Notes under the pieces: generated by a model | The model's database searches: none | What the model saw: only the letters and a program-made list of their open reading frames with translations | Told to the model about the DNA's origin: nothing | NCBI GenBank assembly: GCA_964199315.1 | Contig: OZ116699.1 | Coordinates: 1,116,001-1,180,000, forward strand | Origin: Orbicella franksi | Taxonomy: Eukaryota | Reading direction: 5' to 3' | Length of the DNA: 64,000 nucleotides | Shown: positions 38,428 to 49,300 of the stretch, piece after piece | Position numbering within the stretch: the stretch's first letter is position 1 | Layout: each line of letters begins with the position of its first letter | Program-made: the position numbers and the translations under genes

Positions 38428-39937
38428 TAGGAACTTTTAATATTATTTTGCCAATAATTTTCATGTTCATTCCTAATTTGATCTTTTCTGTGAGGCATGC
38501 ATTCCCAAACAGATGAGCTTTTCCAGGTTGCAATGAGGATTTCAGAAACATGCATCTGTTGAAATTCACGATCCAAAATTCAACATTAATTTTATTGTAA
38601 GTGTTTTTTTTGTTGTTATTGTTGTTTTTCCCTGAAATTAGGGATAGACTGCAGAAAAATCACATGCTAGAAACAAAGGCTGACATGCACACCATTTATG
38701 TTTGAGTTATGAGATCACAAAGAAAATACTCAATAATTTCATATCGTTTTATTCTGCATTGTATACTGGCTGCCCTGGGCAATTAACTGGCCACTTTAGA
38801 AAGGCAGAAATTGCAGGGAGATTTTGATAAGAGTAAAAGCTTTGGATTGGTGAATGGCTGTGACAAAAATCCCTGGTTATTGTAGAGGGCTGGCTGATGG
38901 TGTAGTATGTGGATTTTTTCAACTTTACTAGCATAGAAAACTAATTACAAATATATCAAAATACAAACACAAGATGAGTTTAATTCATTTTTATCACCAC
39001 ATTTGATTTTCATTCACATGCATACAAGCATCATAACTCTCAAATAGGAAAAGGACTAAGTATGGTGAAGGAATGTCGTTTTATCTTCTTGTCATCGTTT
39101 ACAACTATAATTTGGGATTACCAGCTGGTAGGAAAAGAAAAGTGACCATCTTACACATTTGAAAATATCTAGAACCTTTCAAAGATACTGAACAATGTGA
39201 AAGGCGGAAATTCGCCATCTTTATTCTCTCATCATACTAACAATAGCCTAAAAAGCCACAATTCTGCATGCAGTTTGGATCAAGGTAGACATTATACCGA
39301 TCTCATTATTTACAACAATATGTCATTTTCATCATAGCATGATTGAAACATTCATTGCTACCTAATATTTTGTGCTGCTTTAAAGTAGAAATGTAGTGAG
39401 ATGCATGAGGCATTGTTTCAATGTTAAAGATTCGACACAAGTTTGTTATACAAGTCTGTGAACTACGAATCAATCGATCTACTAACTAAAGCTTAAAGTA
39501 TATCCAAAGATCACAGTATCTCCATCCGTAAATTCTTGTGACCTAAACAGTCTATAATGACTGGTACCTTTCCCTTCTTACAACAGAAGTACATGTAACC
39601 AATAAGTGACGAAAACTTGCCACTTTTTTCCACCCTGCAAGACCATTGCATCACAAAGCCCACACTAGAGTGCCTTTAATTCTAATCACATCTACTTTCT
39701 TTTCTGAATGACTTGGTGTTAAATTAATACTAATCAGTGCTTTCGATAAGATTTGAAGTATAAGGTTGCTTTGTGCAGAGGCTGTCACGAAGCAATAAGG
39801 GAGGGCCTAAACAACTTCTTCGCCAGGACAAATTTTGAAAACCACTAACATTACACCCAGAGATTCACAAAAGAAAATCCATTGGACCTCTAATGGGTGC
39901 CAGATCTTATTGGAAGCATTGATTATGAACAAATAGT

Positions 39938-42900
39938 TCATGCTTTGTTTGTTTTTGATGCAACTGCCGCAATTAGTGCTGCTCCTTTGCCTGAGCCATC
40001 TTCAGATAACATAAGAGTGATGTTGGCCTGCGGCAAAATCTCATGGAGGGTCTCCTCCATGTAATGTTTGAACTGTGGGTGCTTCTTGAAGAGGCTACCA
40101 TCTACAGCAATGGTTGTGGTGTGGTGATTTGTTTTCTGGAAATGAAATAAATAATGTTAATTTTCAATTGGTAATTTAATAACATAAAATTATGCTCAGG
40201 ATATAAATACATATCAATGCATAACAAATAATTCAATGATTAATATTGCTGTTGGGGATTGGCTGAAGGCTAATAGTAAATGTTGGTTTAATAAATAGTG
40301 GAATAGATTAACAACAGGACTAGAGCTGCATTGCTATAATTTTAAGTACATTCACTACACATTCTTACTGCCAAGTTTGCATGGACTCAGGGTTCTCAGT
40401 AGAAGCCAGCAGCCAGCAGAATTCATATATTTATGACTTTATATGTTTTAATGATTCGGAAAACACGTGCTACATCTAATTTTATGCTCATAACTCATTT
40501 TCCATTTATAAGTTCATCAACACTTTGCACCCAAAATGCATGGATTTGCATCTTTGGCAACCTATAATTTCAAAATGTTCTGGGGAAGCATGCCTCAGTA
40601 CCCCCCTAGGTTGGCTCAGCCCTTTGGGACTCGCTCTACGTCACCTGTTATGAACTGTAATTGTAAATCAAATAAATACCTTGATGATTGTTGCAAGCCC
40701 TCCAGCAGCCAATCTGGCAGCCCGTTTGGATACTGCAGCACAAACTTGTTGCAGAATCTCAATATCTGACTCTGAAGCATTCAGTTTCATTTCATTCAGG
40801 ACCTCATCAATCTTGTACCTTTCATGACTGTTAAAATACAAAAGAAGGGCCTCTGTTCAGTCTTTTAATACTTCACCTCAGTGTGGTAATTTGGTTTGCT
40901 TGCAACCTGCAGGAATAAAGAATTACCAACTAGAAACACTCAGATGAGTGTAATATTCACCATCAGATGATAATCAATATTTACTTTACAGGAAAAGGTT
41001 TTATCCCCAGTATCTCTTACCTTTCAATATCAGAGACAAACTTGGTAAAGAAGCTGTTTTTGGTCTTAAATTTTTCAGACACTTGTCCTTTGAACAAGAG
41101 TTTCTTCGCTACAAGGTCCATGCAAACAAGTCTTGCAAGTTCCCCCAGATACATCCCAGAAATCATCTTCTCAAATCTAAGGAGAAAATGGAGTAAAATG
41201 AGTTTGAGTTGCTTGCAACCTTTCAGTAGTTTCATTAGTAATTTCAGTAGTTTCTGTGTACATGTAAGTTAGAGCTTTTAAAGTGAACATGACAGTCATT
41301 TTTTATTTGCTTGATGGAATCTACATGAGATCGGGATATGGAAATCAAAAAAAATAATTGCACATCGATCATTGTTTTTTCGCCTACATTTTAGCCTTCT
41401 TAAAACCTGAAATTTTGCTTCAGGTTGGGTCAGAAACTTTGTGGGGTTATGACCTGGAACTAATCAGGTTGTGATGTCAAACTACACATCTTTCCTTAAT
41501 GTAAACTTAATAATTTGAAACAAAATTGGAATTACGCTTGATTGTCTAATTTCTAGACAGTATATTTCACCTATTCTTTTTTTCGTTTCTGTTTATTTGG
41601 TTTGTGAAATAAGAAGACCTACAGTGTATGTTCTTGTTTTGACGTCGCAGCCTGACTAATCCGAGGTCCTAACCTCCCTTAATACCACAAAAACTTAATC
41701 TTTGGTGGTATGGACCAACCAAAGGAGACTTTGTCTTACTGAACAGTTAATCCAAGCTGACAGATTGGTGAAAGTGTAACCAGCCTGAAACAAGTTATTT
41801 AAAGGATGGATAAACTACCCATCAAATACTGGTCGATAATTATCCACAGGATAAGGTCCACTGGGTAGTAATTTATCCTGTACATGGTATTATGTCGTGA
41901 ATGGCTGGAGCGTGCTGGTTATTGCTCATCTTTCTTGTGTATTTTGCCTAATTACATTACTTACAATTGCATTCCAGGGTTGATTGATTCTCTGTCCACT
42001 TGCTCATCATACTTTGTCCTGAGGTGATTCCAAGAGCCGTTATCACCAAATGCTCCCCACTCAGTGTTGATAATCACTTGACGTGGTTCATTCTGATCAC
42101 CATCCCATTTGGGAACATTGTCAAGGCTCTCCATGTAGCATGCATTTGTTCCAGTTCCCAAGATAAGGCCAGCACTGACGTTAGGGTTGGAAAGTGCACA
42201 TGACATCATAGTACCAGTGGTGTCATTTACAAGGGCAACAACATCTACAGTAGAACTCTGTGTGGAAAGACAAGTTTCAAAAGTTCCAGAATGTAAAGTA
42301 AAGGTAAAGTCTGGGTTAAGCCAAGCTGACTTGCCATGCCAGTCTTTGAAAACTAACTTTGGCTTGCCCAAGAAGAAACGGCCCAAGAGCTTTGTTACTT
42401 CCTGGGGCTGGATCAGATGGATGCTACATAAACTGTATATAGTCCAGCCCTGACAAGTCGCCAGTACTGATTTACAATCCTTGGTGGCCAAAGCCACTGT
42501 CTGTGAAATAAAATGTCTGGCACAAGAACCTGATAGCCCTAACAAGGGTTCAAACCCAGAAGGCTTGATCCGTAGTCTTAATGTGTGGCTCCAGAAAATA
42601 TCCACACCCACCCCAAGAAGGTATTGAAAATTCCACAGGAGAGGGGGGTGGTCTTAAAAGCCACATTTTTTTAAACAAAGTTATGAACCAATGTTGGAAT
42701 TTTCACAAGGATGGGGTTTCAAACCAAAACAAATACCCCATCAGAGGAGTATGGATATTTTCTGAAACAACAAAATGCACCTGTCCCACTATTAGTTCAC
42801 CACACCCCCCCCCCCTCCAATAAATCTATTCTTTCAGATAACTAGTCTTAACAGACTACAGTGTAGAAGGAGTTAGAATTACTTTTTTCAAACAATGAAC

Positions 42901-44003
42901 TGTTCAGCTTACCACTCCATTTCTAACAAGTGCCTCCTGAAGAAGTTTGATGACATCCTCATTTTCTACACCAGTAGCAGAGAAACCCTTTGTCCATCTA
43001 ATTAGCAGGCCAGATGTGAGTGATAACTGCTTCACAGGGAACGAGAATGTGAAGCCCAGTGGCAATGACTTGTCTTTCAGCTGGTTTTTCTTCACAAAGA
43101 GCGCAATACAGCCAGCAATGTAGTCAAACAGAGTTTGAGCGTCGCTTGTCATCAGGGCTTGATCTAGAGGGTAAATGTCACTTTCCATTTTAACCTCCCC
43201 ACCAGGCTGAATGGAAATTAATAAGACCCTGAAGTTTGTACCACCCAGATCAAGTGCTAAGAAATCTCCGCTTTCCGTACCATCAGGAATGGCCCTCACA
43301 TACGTTGGGAGCATTTTGATTGGACTCTCCGCCCTCTCATGTTCATCGGCAGCGAGACCTTTATCAAAGTCTGTTCTAAGAAGATTCATGATTTCTTCTA
43401 TGTCTTCATTGGATAAATCAAATACCTTTAGTGTCTCCAATACCTACAAGGAAACAAAAAATGATTTTTCTCATCAATAACCAAGTAACCTCCACTTTTA
43501 GAAATCCTATATTGTCTTGAATTACATACTAATGTATGGTGGCATAACAAATTCCCGGTAAGGACTTTCAATTTTCACTAGGCTAAATACTGGCAATATC
43601 TTTCTGTCTGTGCTGCAAAGTGATTAATTCACCAGCCACAGGCACCCTAGTCTGTAGCCAGGCTTGGGTTTACGGGTTGAAAAAAATTCAGGTTCTAATT
43701 GAGACATGTACATGGAAAAAACAGTGAACAAGAAAGAAAATATCTTCCTTGCAAGACTGCTCTTCACTACATGTATCTCAAATGGCACATGCAAGGATTT
43801 AACACTTTACGTCTGAAAAGCCAGCCAATTCATTGGCTACTGACGTTAAGGCTTAGTTATACCCCAAGCAGTGAGAACCTTGGGTAAGTTCAGACGCCTA
43901 AGTAGTTAACATCTCAACAAACAATAGCTACCTCATCTTTTCCTCGAAGTGTTTTGTTCAGAGAGTCATATACTGAGCGTGCCAAGGGTATAACAGAAAA
44001 CAT
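39938..44003 (-). CDS. HK: Hexokinase, single-domain (~50 kDa) type, 6 coding exons, 465 aa
   Basis: join(44003-43932,43443-42913,42257-41965,41176-41021,40827-40680,40135-39938) = 1398 nt. Motifs LALDLGGTNFRV, LGFTFSFP, WTKGF, VNDTTGT, ILGTGTNACY, INTEWGAFG, FEKMISGMYLGE, VDGSLF and SEDGSGKGAALIAA. The first coding exon (MFSVIPLARSVYDSLNKTLRGKDE) is less certain. A probable non-coding exon ends at 45347 (tat|gtaagt). Confidence 0.93.
42582..42772. mobile_element. MITE with TGTGTGG(C/T)TCCAGAAAATATCCA-type TIRs
   Basis: tgtgtggctccagaaaatatccacac ... gtatggatattttctgaaacaac, in hexokinase intron 2. Confidence 0.65.
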
Positions 44004-44292
44004 GCTGGATTGTATGAACTTTTAAATCTGCAAGAGATTGACACAAATTTATTAGAAAATTCTGATCTCGTAGATCTACACATCCTGAGAGGAAATATGA
44101 TCTTTGGTGATCAGTGACATTCAGGGTACTTACATGCAACATTCAGAATATAGGCTAGAGTGCTTGTTTAGAGATTGATTGTACATGTAATGAAATAATA
44201 ATTATTTGATGGAATTTTGATTTGTGCTGTGAAAATGTCTGATGTAACAACACATGTTACATGTTAAAAATTAATACAACTACTTATTTTTT

Positions 44293-44327
44293 GAGGTGCA
44301 GTGGCCTCATGGTTAGTATGCAGACTA
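44293..44327 (+). repeat. tRNA-derived SINE head fragment
   Basis: gaggtgcagtggcctcatggttagtatgcagactc has a Pol III box-A-like motif; no box B and no cloverleaf follow. Confidence 0.4.
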
Positions 44328-45347
44328 TCTATTTTCATCTCCTAGTGTCTTTGACTCACTAACTGATTATTAGGTAAAAATGCAATCTGGTTGGCTTCAG
44401 CACATAATCCCTACATGCATTCAGAGTTATTGAATTTCCAATTCACCAACATAGTTCACCAAGAAGGTAGCTATGCATCATAATTCCTTCATAGCCTTGA
44501 CGATCATAATAACAATGGCTACATATCTGTGGATATGCACTTGCCTAAGCTTAATACTTGTCTACACTGTCACTATTATTTTACTCAAGTCTGGAAGTTC
44601 CTTATAGAGTTAACAAATAAAGATAAACATATCATCTCCCTCCAAACCAACAAGTGAAAGCGAACTGCAAGCCACCTGAAGTGAAAGTTGACCACCAGAA
44701 AGCCAGTCAAGAGTGAAAGTTACAGAGTTCAAACATGCCTTGTGCACCAACCGAACCGCTGTTGCAATTTAACACTTAACACTCTGTATAGAAAACACTA
44801 AGATGTCTAACTCGACCCAATATTTTTATGAACGTATTTTGCCACATTCCCCGCATACAATGAAGCAATCATGTAAAGAACGAGCACTGGATTAGGACGT
44901 TCCTTGAAAGAATCATCAATCGGCGACAAGCGAAGCCTCCATATGCAGAAGTCTTAGCGGCTTACACGAATTACTTTCACCCGACACGCATTAGCCGTCG
45001 ATGGATAAGATGTCTACATGTATATACGTGCTAAGCTGCAACGCTGAACAGCTCTACTCTTTTCGCGACATAAAGCTTCTATTCAGCCGAGATTAAGCTC
45101 AGCTTTTGTATGCCAGCCAAACAGCATGGCATGCAACTAAAACTGCGTGTTAGACGTGGCAAATAAGGTTTAACTCGCAGATAATTACAGCAAAAACATC
45201 AATACTGCGAATTTAAAAACAATAACTGCGAAATTAAACAATCTCCGTTACAGGAACTCAATGACCCGATGTATCGGGCCACTCCAATTATTATCTGGCC
45301 AACAAACAAACTTAACAAATTTCCGTAAAAAACATGCCATACTTACA

Positions 45348-46234
45348 TAATGATTATGTCCTACGAACTTCGAATAAATATTTCAATAAATACTGTACAA
45401 TTTAGACAGTAAAAGTCGCGTCACTTTGTTCTTCTTCCGTTCTCGCTTGGATCTAATCAAATGTTTCGCAATACAGTGTTATGCCTTTCAGACTAACGGC
45501 GAGAAACCCGATCCTGTGTTGACGTGAAAGCGGGAGGAGGCGCGCCCTTCGCAGTGGAGGTATTCGGGTATTCGGAGAACATTCGGAAGTCTTCGGTACA
45601 TGTTTACGACGACAAGCATTCATCCGAAATCACGAACGGGATATTTATGTGAGGCATGTGACAAGCACCGTTCTTGGCGCTTAATCTCTTGTTTATATAA
45701 CATGTCTAACATTGCATATATCTTTTTCTGTTAGGTCATATGTTTCAACACTTTTATCTGTAACGGTATGATTCTCTCATTCTTGAGCCTGCTTTGAACG
45801 ATAACTTTTTTGAAATCTATTTGTAGGCAGCGATCGAGCGAAAGGATTCCGGAAGATTCCAAATAAAGGCTATTTTTAGCAAGATGTTGGACTGGTTTCA
45901 AGTCACGTATCACTACTTCTCGTGACAACAACCGGATCTTATCGGGAGCTTGCTGAAAAACAATACGAGAAAAAACTTTGTCTTGAGCTGCGAGGTCACT
46001 TAAAAATGATAAAATATAACAACTAGCGAGGAAAAGGTTCTCAATGTTTACTTCTCTCCGTCGATCTCTGGTTTGCTCAAAATACATTTCCGGCGATATT
46101 TATTCATAAAAAAGGGGAAGGGCAGGGGTATGGTTTCTACCGTTTCTACCAGGTCGACTTGTAAACGCGCGAGTTCGAGGAGCGCGCGCCACTACAAACT
46201 CAATCGACGGTCAGCGGTTACTTTCCCTTACAAT
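45348..46234. promoter_or_regulatory. Divergent promoter/5' region between hexokinase and TAF5L
   Basis: Head-to-head gene layout; CpG-rich; clustered (A/T)TTCGG motifs at about 45563-45598; YY1-like AATATGGCGG at about 46232. Confidence 0.55.
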
Positions 46235-46288
46235 ATGGCGGACGATATGGCGGACTTAGCGGACTCATTGAGACGAGCGAACGAGTGA
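46235..46288 (+). other. 17-codon upstream ORF (MADDMADLADSLRRANE*) ahead of TAF5L, in a different frame
   Basis: ATG at 46235 and 46247, both in ATGGCGGAC; TGA at 46286-46288, 25 nt before the TAF5L ATG at 46314. Confidence 0.6.
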
Positions 46289-46313
46289 TCAAAGAACACT
46301 CTTGCATCAAAAT

Positions 46314-49300
46314 ATGAGCGCACATGAAAAACATCAGATGCACGAACAGGTATCTAATGTAATCACCAGCTTTTTAAAACAGAGAACGTACACCGACAGT
46401 GAGAGTTCTTTGAAGGACTTTCCGGTAGAACAGAAAATGGAGGACATGGTTTTTAAGACCACGGTCTGCAACGAAAGCGGCGTCCCGGATGTCTTCTCGT
46501 TTGCGATCAACAACTCAGACCCAGCCATGCTTGATGAGCAGTTTTCCAACTTAAAATCCTTCATAACAGGAACAAATCAGGCCTACAGATTAGAACTTTC
46601 GAAATTTTTGTTCCCCCTGTTTGCAAACATTTACTTGGATCTTATTGTGAAAGGTCAAGCGATCGTTGCTCAATCGCTTTTCGCGAAACACAGCGGCGAC
46701 TTTTTGATCGAGCACAAAGAGGAGATTCAGCACTTACAAGCAATCACGGAATTGGAGCGTTTGAAATCGAGCGACACTGCTTCTAACTTTAGACGCAGCA
46801 AATTCGTTGTAAAACTTAGCAACAAAGTGTTCACTTATTTTCTACAATATCTTAGAAGCGACGACCATGTTTTACTGCTTCATCTGTTGAATAAACATTT
46901 TAGCATAGAAATATCTCATAGTAAACCTGGACAGAAGCAAAACAGTGATGAAGTGGAGACAGATGAAGCTGAAGCATCCACCGTAAGTTACAGAGCTACA
47001 AGAGGAGCAAAGCAAGCCAAGTCCAGTACAGAAAAAGAAAACGAAAACTTGGTGGCTTTGAGAGAAAGTATTGGACACATAAGGAATGGGCCTGCATGTC
47101 TGCCGTCAGTGTGTTTCTACTCATTTTTGAACGTTTATCAAGGGTATGGGTTTTACCTGTAATGAATACCTTCTCAGATCCAGTAGGTAGCATTTAATGT
47201 ATATAATCTTACAATGCACAATCACTTGAACAAGTGTATCGTTTTGTCTGGTTGTGTGTCTCAGTTTAAGATGGGCATAAGAAGTTCATAGATTTCAGTC
47301 CCATCAAAGACTCTTATTGGTTTAAATGCCAATTTGAAAACAGCACAAGACAAACAGTCCAAGACATTTGTTTGCCGCTCTTGACAACTAATGAAAATAC
47401 TTATGGTCACTTGGCATTACGCTGTCAAATGCAAAGGAAAATACTTGCCAGGCCCACAGAATGTTTGCCCCAGTTTTTAACCAAACAGACCTGTAACTCA
47501 TTACAGAGCCACAACAACTTTCTATACTGCCCTCCAAACTACCTTGATATTGGAGGTCTCCTTCTGCAATAATGTTAGTGATTTTGCTAGCTTGAAAGTT
47601 TCTCCCACCCTCATCCCAAGTATAAGTTCTAATGTTGTGCTGTTTATGGAATGGCATGGCAGTACTGTTGCTTGCTACTGTGGCTTAGGAATATCATTAC
47701 ATGCACTTAGCAATGTGGTGTCAGTTGTAGAACTCGTGGTCATAATCAAAGACGCTTGTTGCCAGTGACAACTGTTACGCACATCCTTCACTCCACACCA
47801 AAGAAGAGTCTACCTATTTTGGTAGTAATTAATGTTTCTTTTTCCTTTCACCCTTTCAAGGCTTAGCTCTGCAGCAATTTCTAAGGATGCTGGCCTCATC
47901 TGTGGTGGTTTTGAAGACTCTTCCATTGTTGTATGGAGTCTCACACCAAAGAAGCTAGTACGACCAAAGAGTACACCTGAAATCTCTAAAGTGCAGCTTG
48001 CCCCAGGTATGTAAAACCAACAGGAGACAAGCGCTAGTCTGATGGGCCACTAAGTCTCAATGCAGACTTAAGCTTTCGTTAGTTCTAAATGAAACACCTC
48101 TTTCAAAAGGCATAGGCATGTGTGTTACATCTTCACTGGCAAATTTTCCCCATGTTTCCCTTTCAGTACAAGGAAACAAAATAGCAGGAGAGTTTGTGCA
48201 CAAATAGTGATTGTATTTGTCACATTACCGCTTGTGAAAACTACATCAACAGCATGAACATAATGTGCGGTCTTTTTTGCTGGTGGCTGTCATTGTTGGC
48301 CATATTGTTATTAAATTCTGTTTATTTCATAACTTCCTGAAATCAATTACGACTCCCATTTAACTCTGTTACTTTGTAGACCTTCTTCCATTCACACCAA
48401 AACTGGAAACAGTGTCTAGTGAGAGCATGACCCTCCATGGACACTCTGGTTCAGTTTATAGCACGCGGTTTTCACCAGATAGTTCCATATTATTATCTGC
48501 TTCAGAGGACACTTCAGGTAAATTCTAATTAAAATTATTTTCCTGTAAGTGTTCCCGCATCTTTGGGTGTACAGTGTATACAGTAAACCTTGGAATAAAG
48601 TTTAGCACTTACTTACAGCTGTTTTCATCATTAATTTATAGGTTCGTGTAATCTGGGTTTTCTCAAATCTTACACCACACTATTTATCGCTTTTGAAGTT
48701 TTTAAGCTCTTCCTGACAGTATGACTGAGGGAAGTAATAATGTTATAATTTCAGTACATTGCCATTCACTTCACGTATACATCAAGTTCATTTCCCTTGT
48801 TGTTCACTTTGTACATAATAATTTTCAGAAAACTAATAAAATATCACATTGGGATCATCAGATTTTAAGGTGTGCCATAACCTTTGTCCGATTTTCAGGG
48901 ACAAGCAGAAATTTGAGGTGACTTATTCAATGGACAAGCACATTTCTGTTTGCCTAAAACAGTAATGAAATAAATAAAAAAATTGGTAGAAAACTTTGCC
49001 AAGCATAAAATGTACACAATGACAACAAAGAAAGGTTCCGAATGACAGTCGAATAAATTTTATCAGTGGGCCAGCGTGGTATAAAACATTAGTTGTGAGT
49101 GCTACTGTTGTACTGTTTATGTGAACTAAAAAAGTATCGTTAAAATTATCAACTGAAGTAGACTACTTCTGTTACATCTAAACAGTAACTAAAATCGATA
49201 TTCCTTCATAAGCCTGTTGATAAAATTCAGTCACAAAGTTTGTTGTTTTGTTTTAGCTGCCCCAACCTACCCCCACCCTGTTGTGGTTTTTATTTTGCCT

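Noticed and set aside
43211-43480. Plus-strand ORFs overlapping hexokinase exons (also 42187-42453, 40967-41272)
   Set aside because: Antisense shadows of hexokinase coding exons.
44293-44327. Possible tRNA gene
   Set aside because: Only a box-A-like 5' fragment; no anticodon arm, T-arm or box B.
46285-46318. 34-nt GT-AG segment that would fuse the uORF to TAF5L in frame
   Set aside because: Far shorter than any intron here, with no polypyrimidine tract; TAF5L similarity starts at the downstream ATG.
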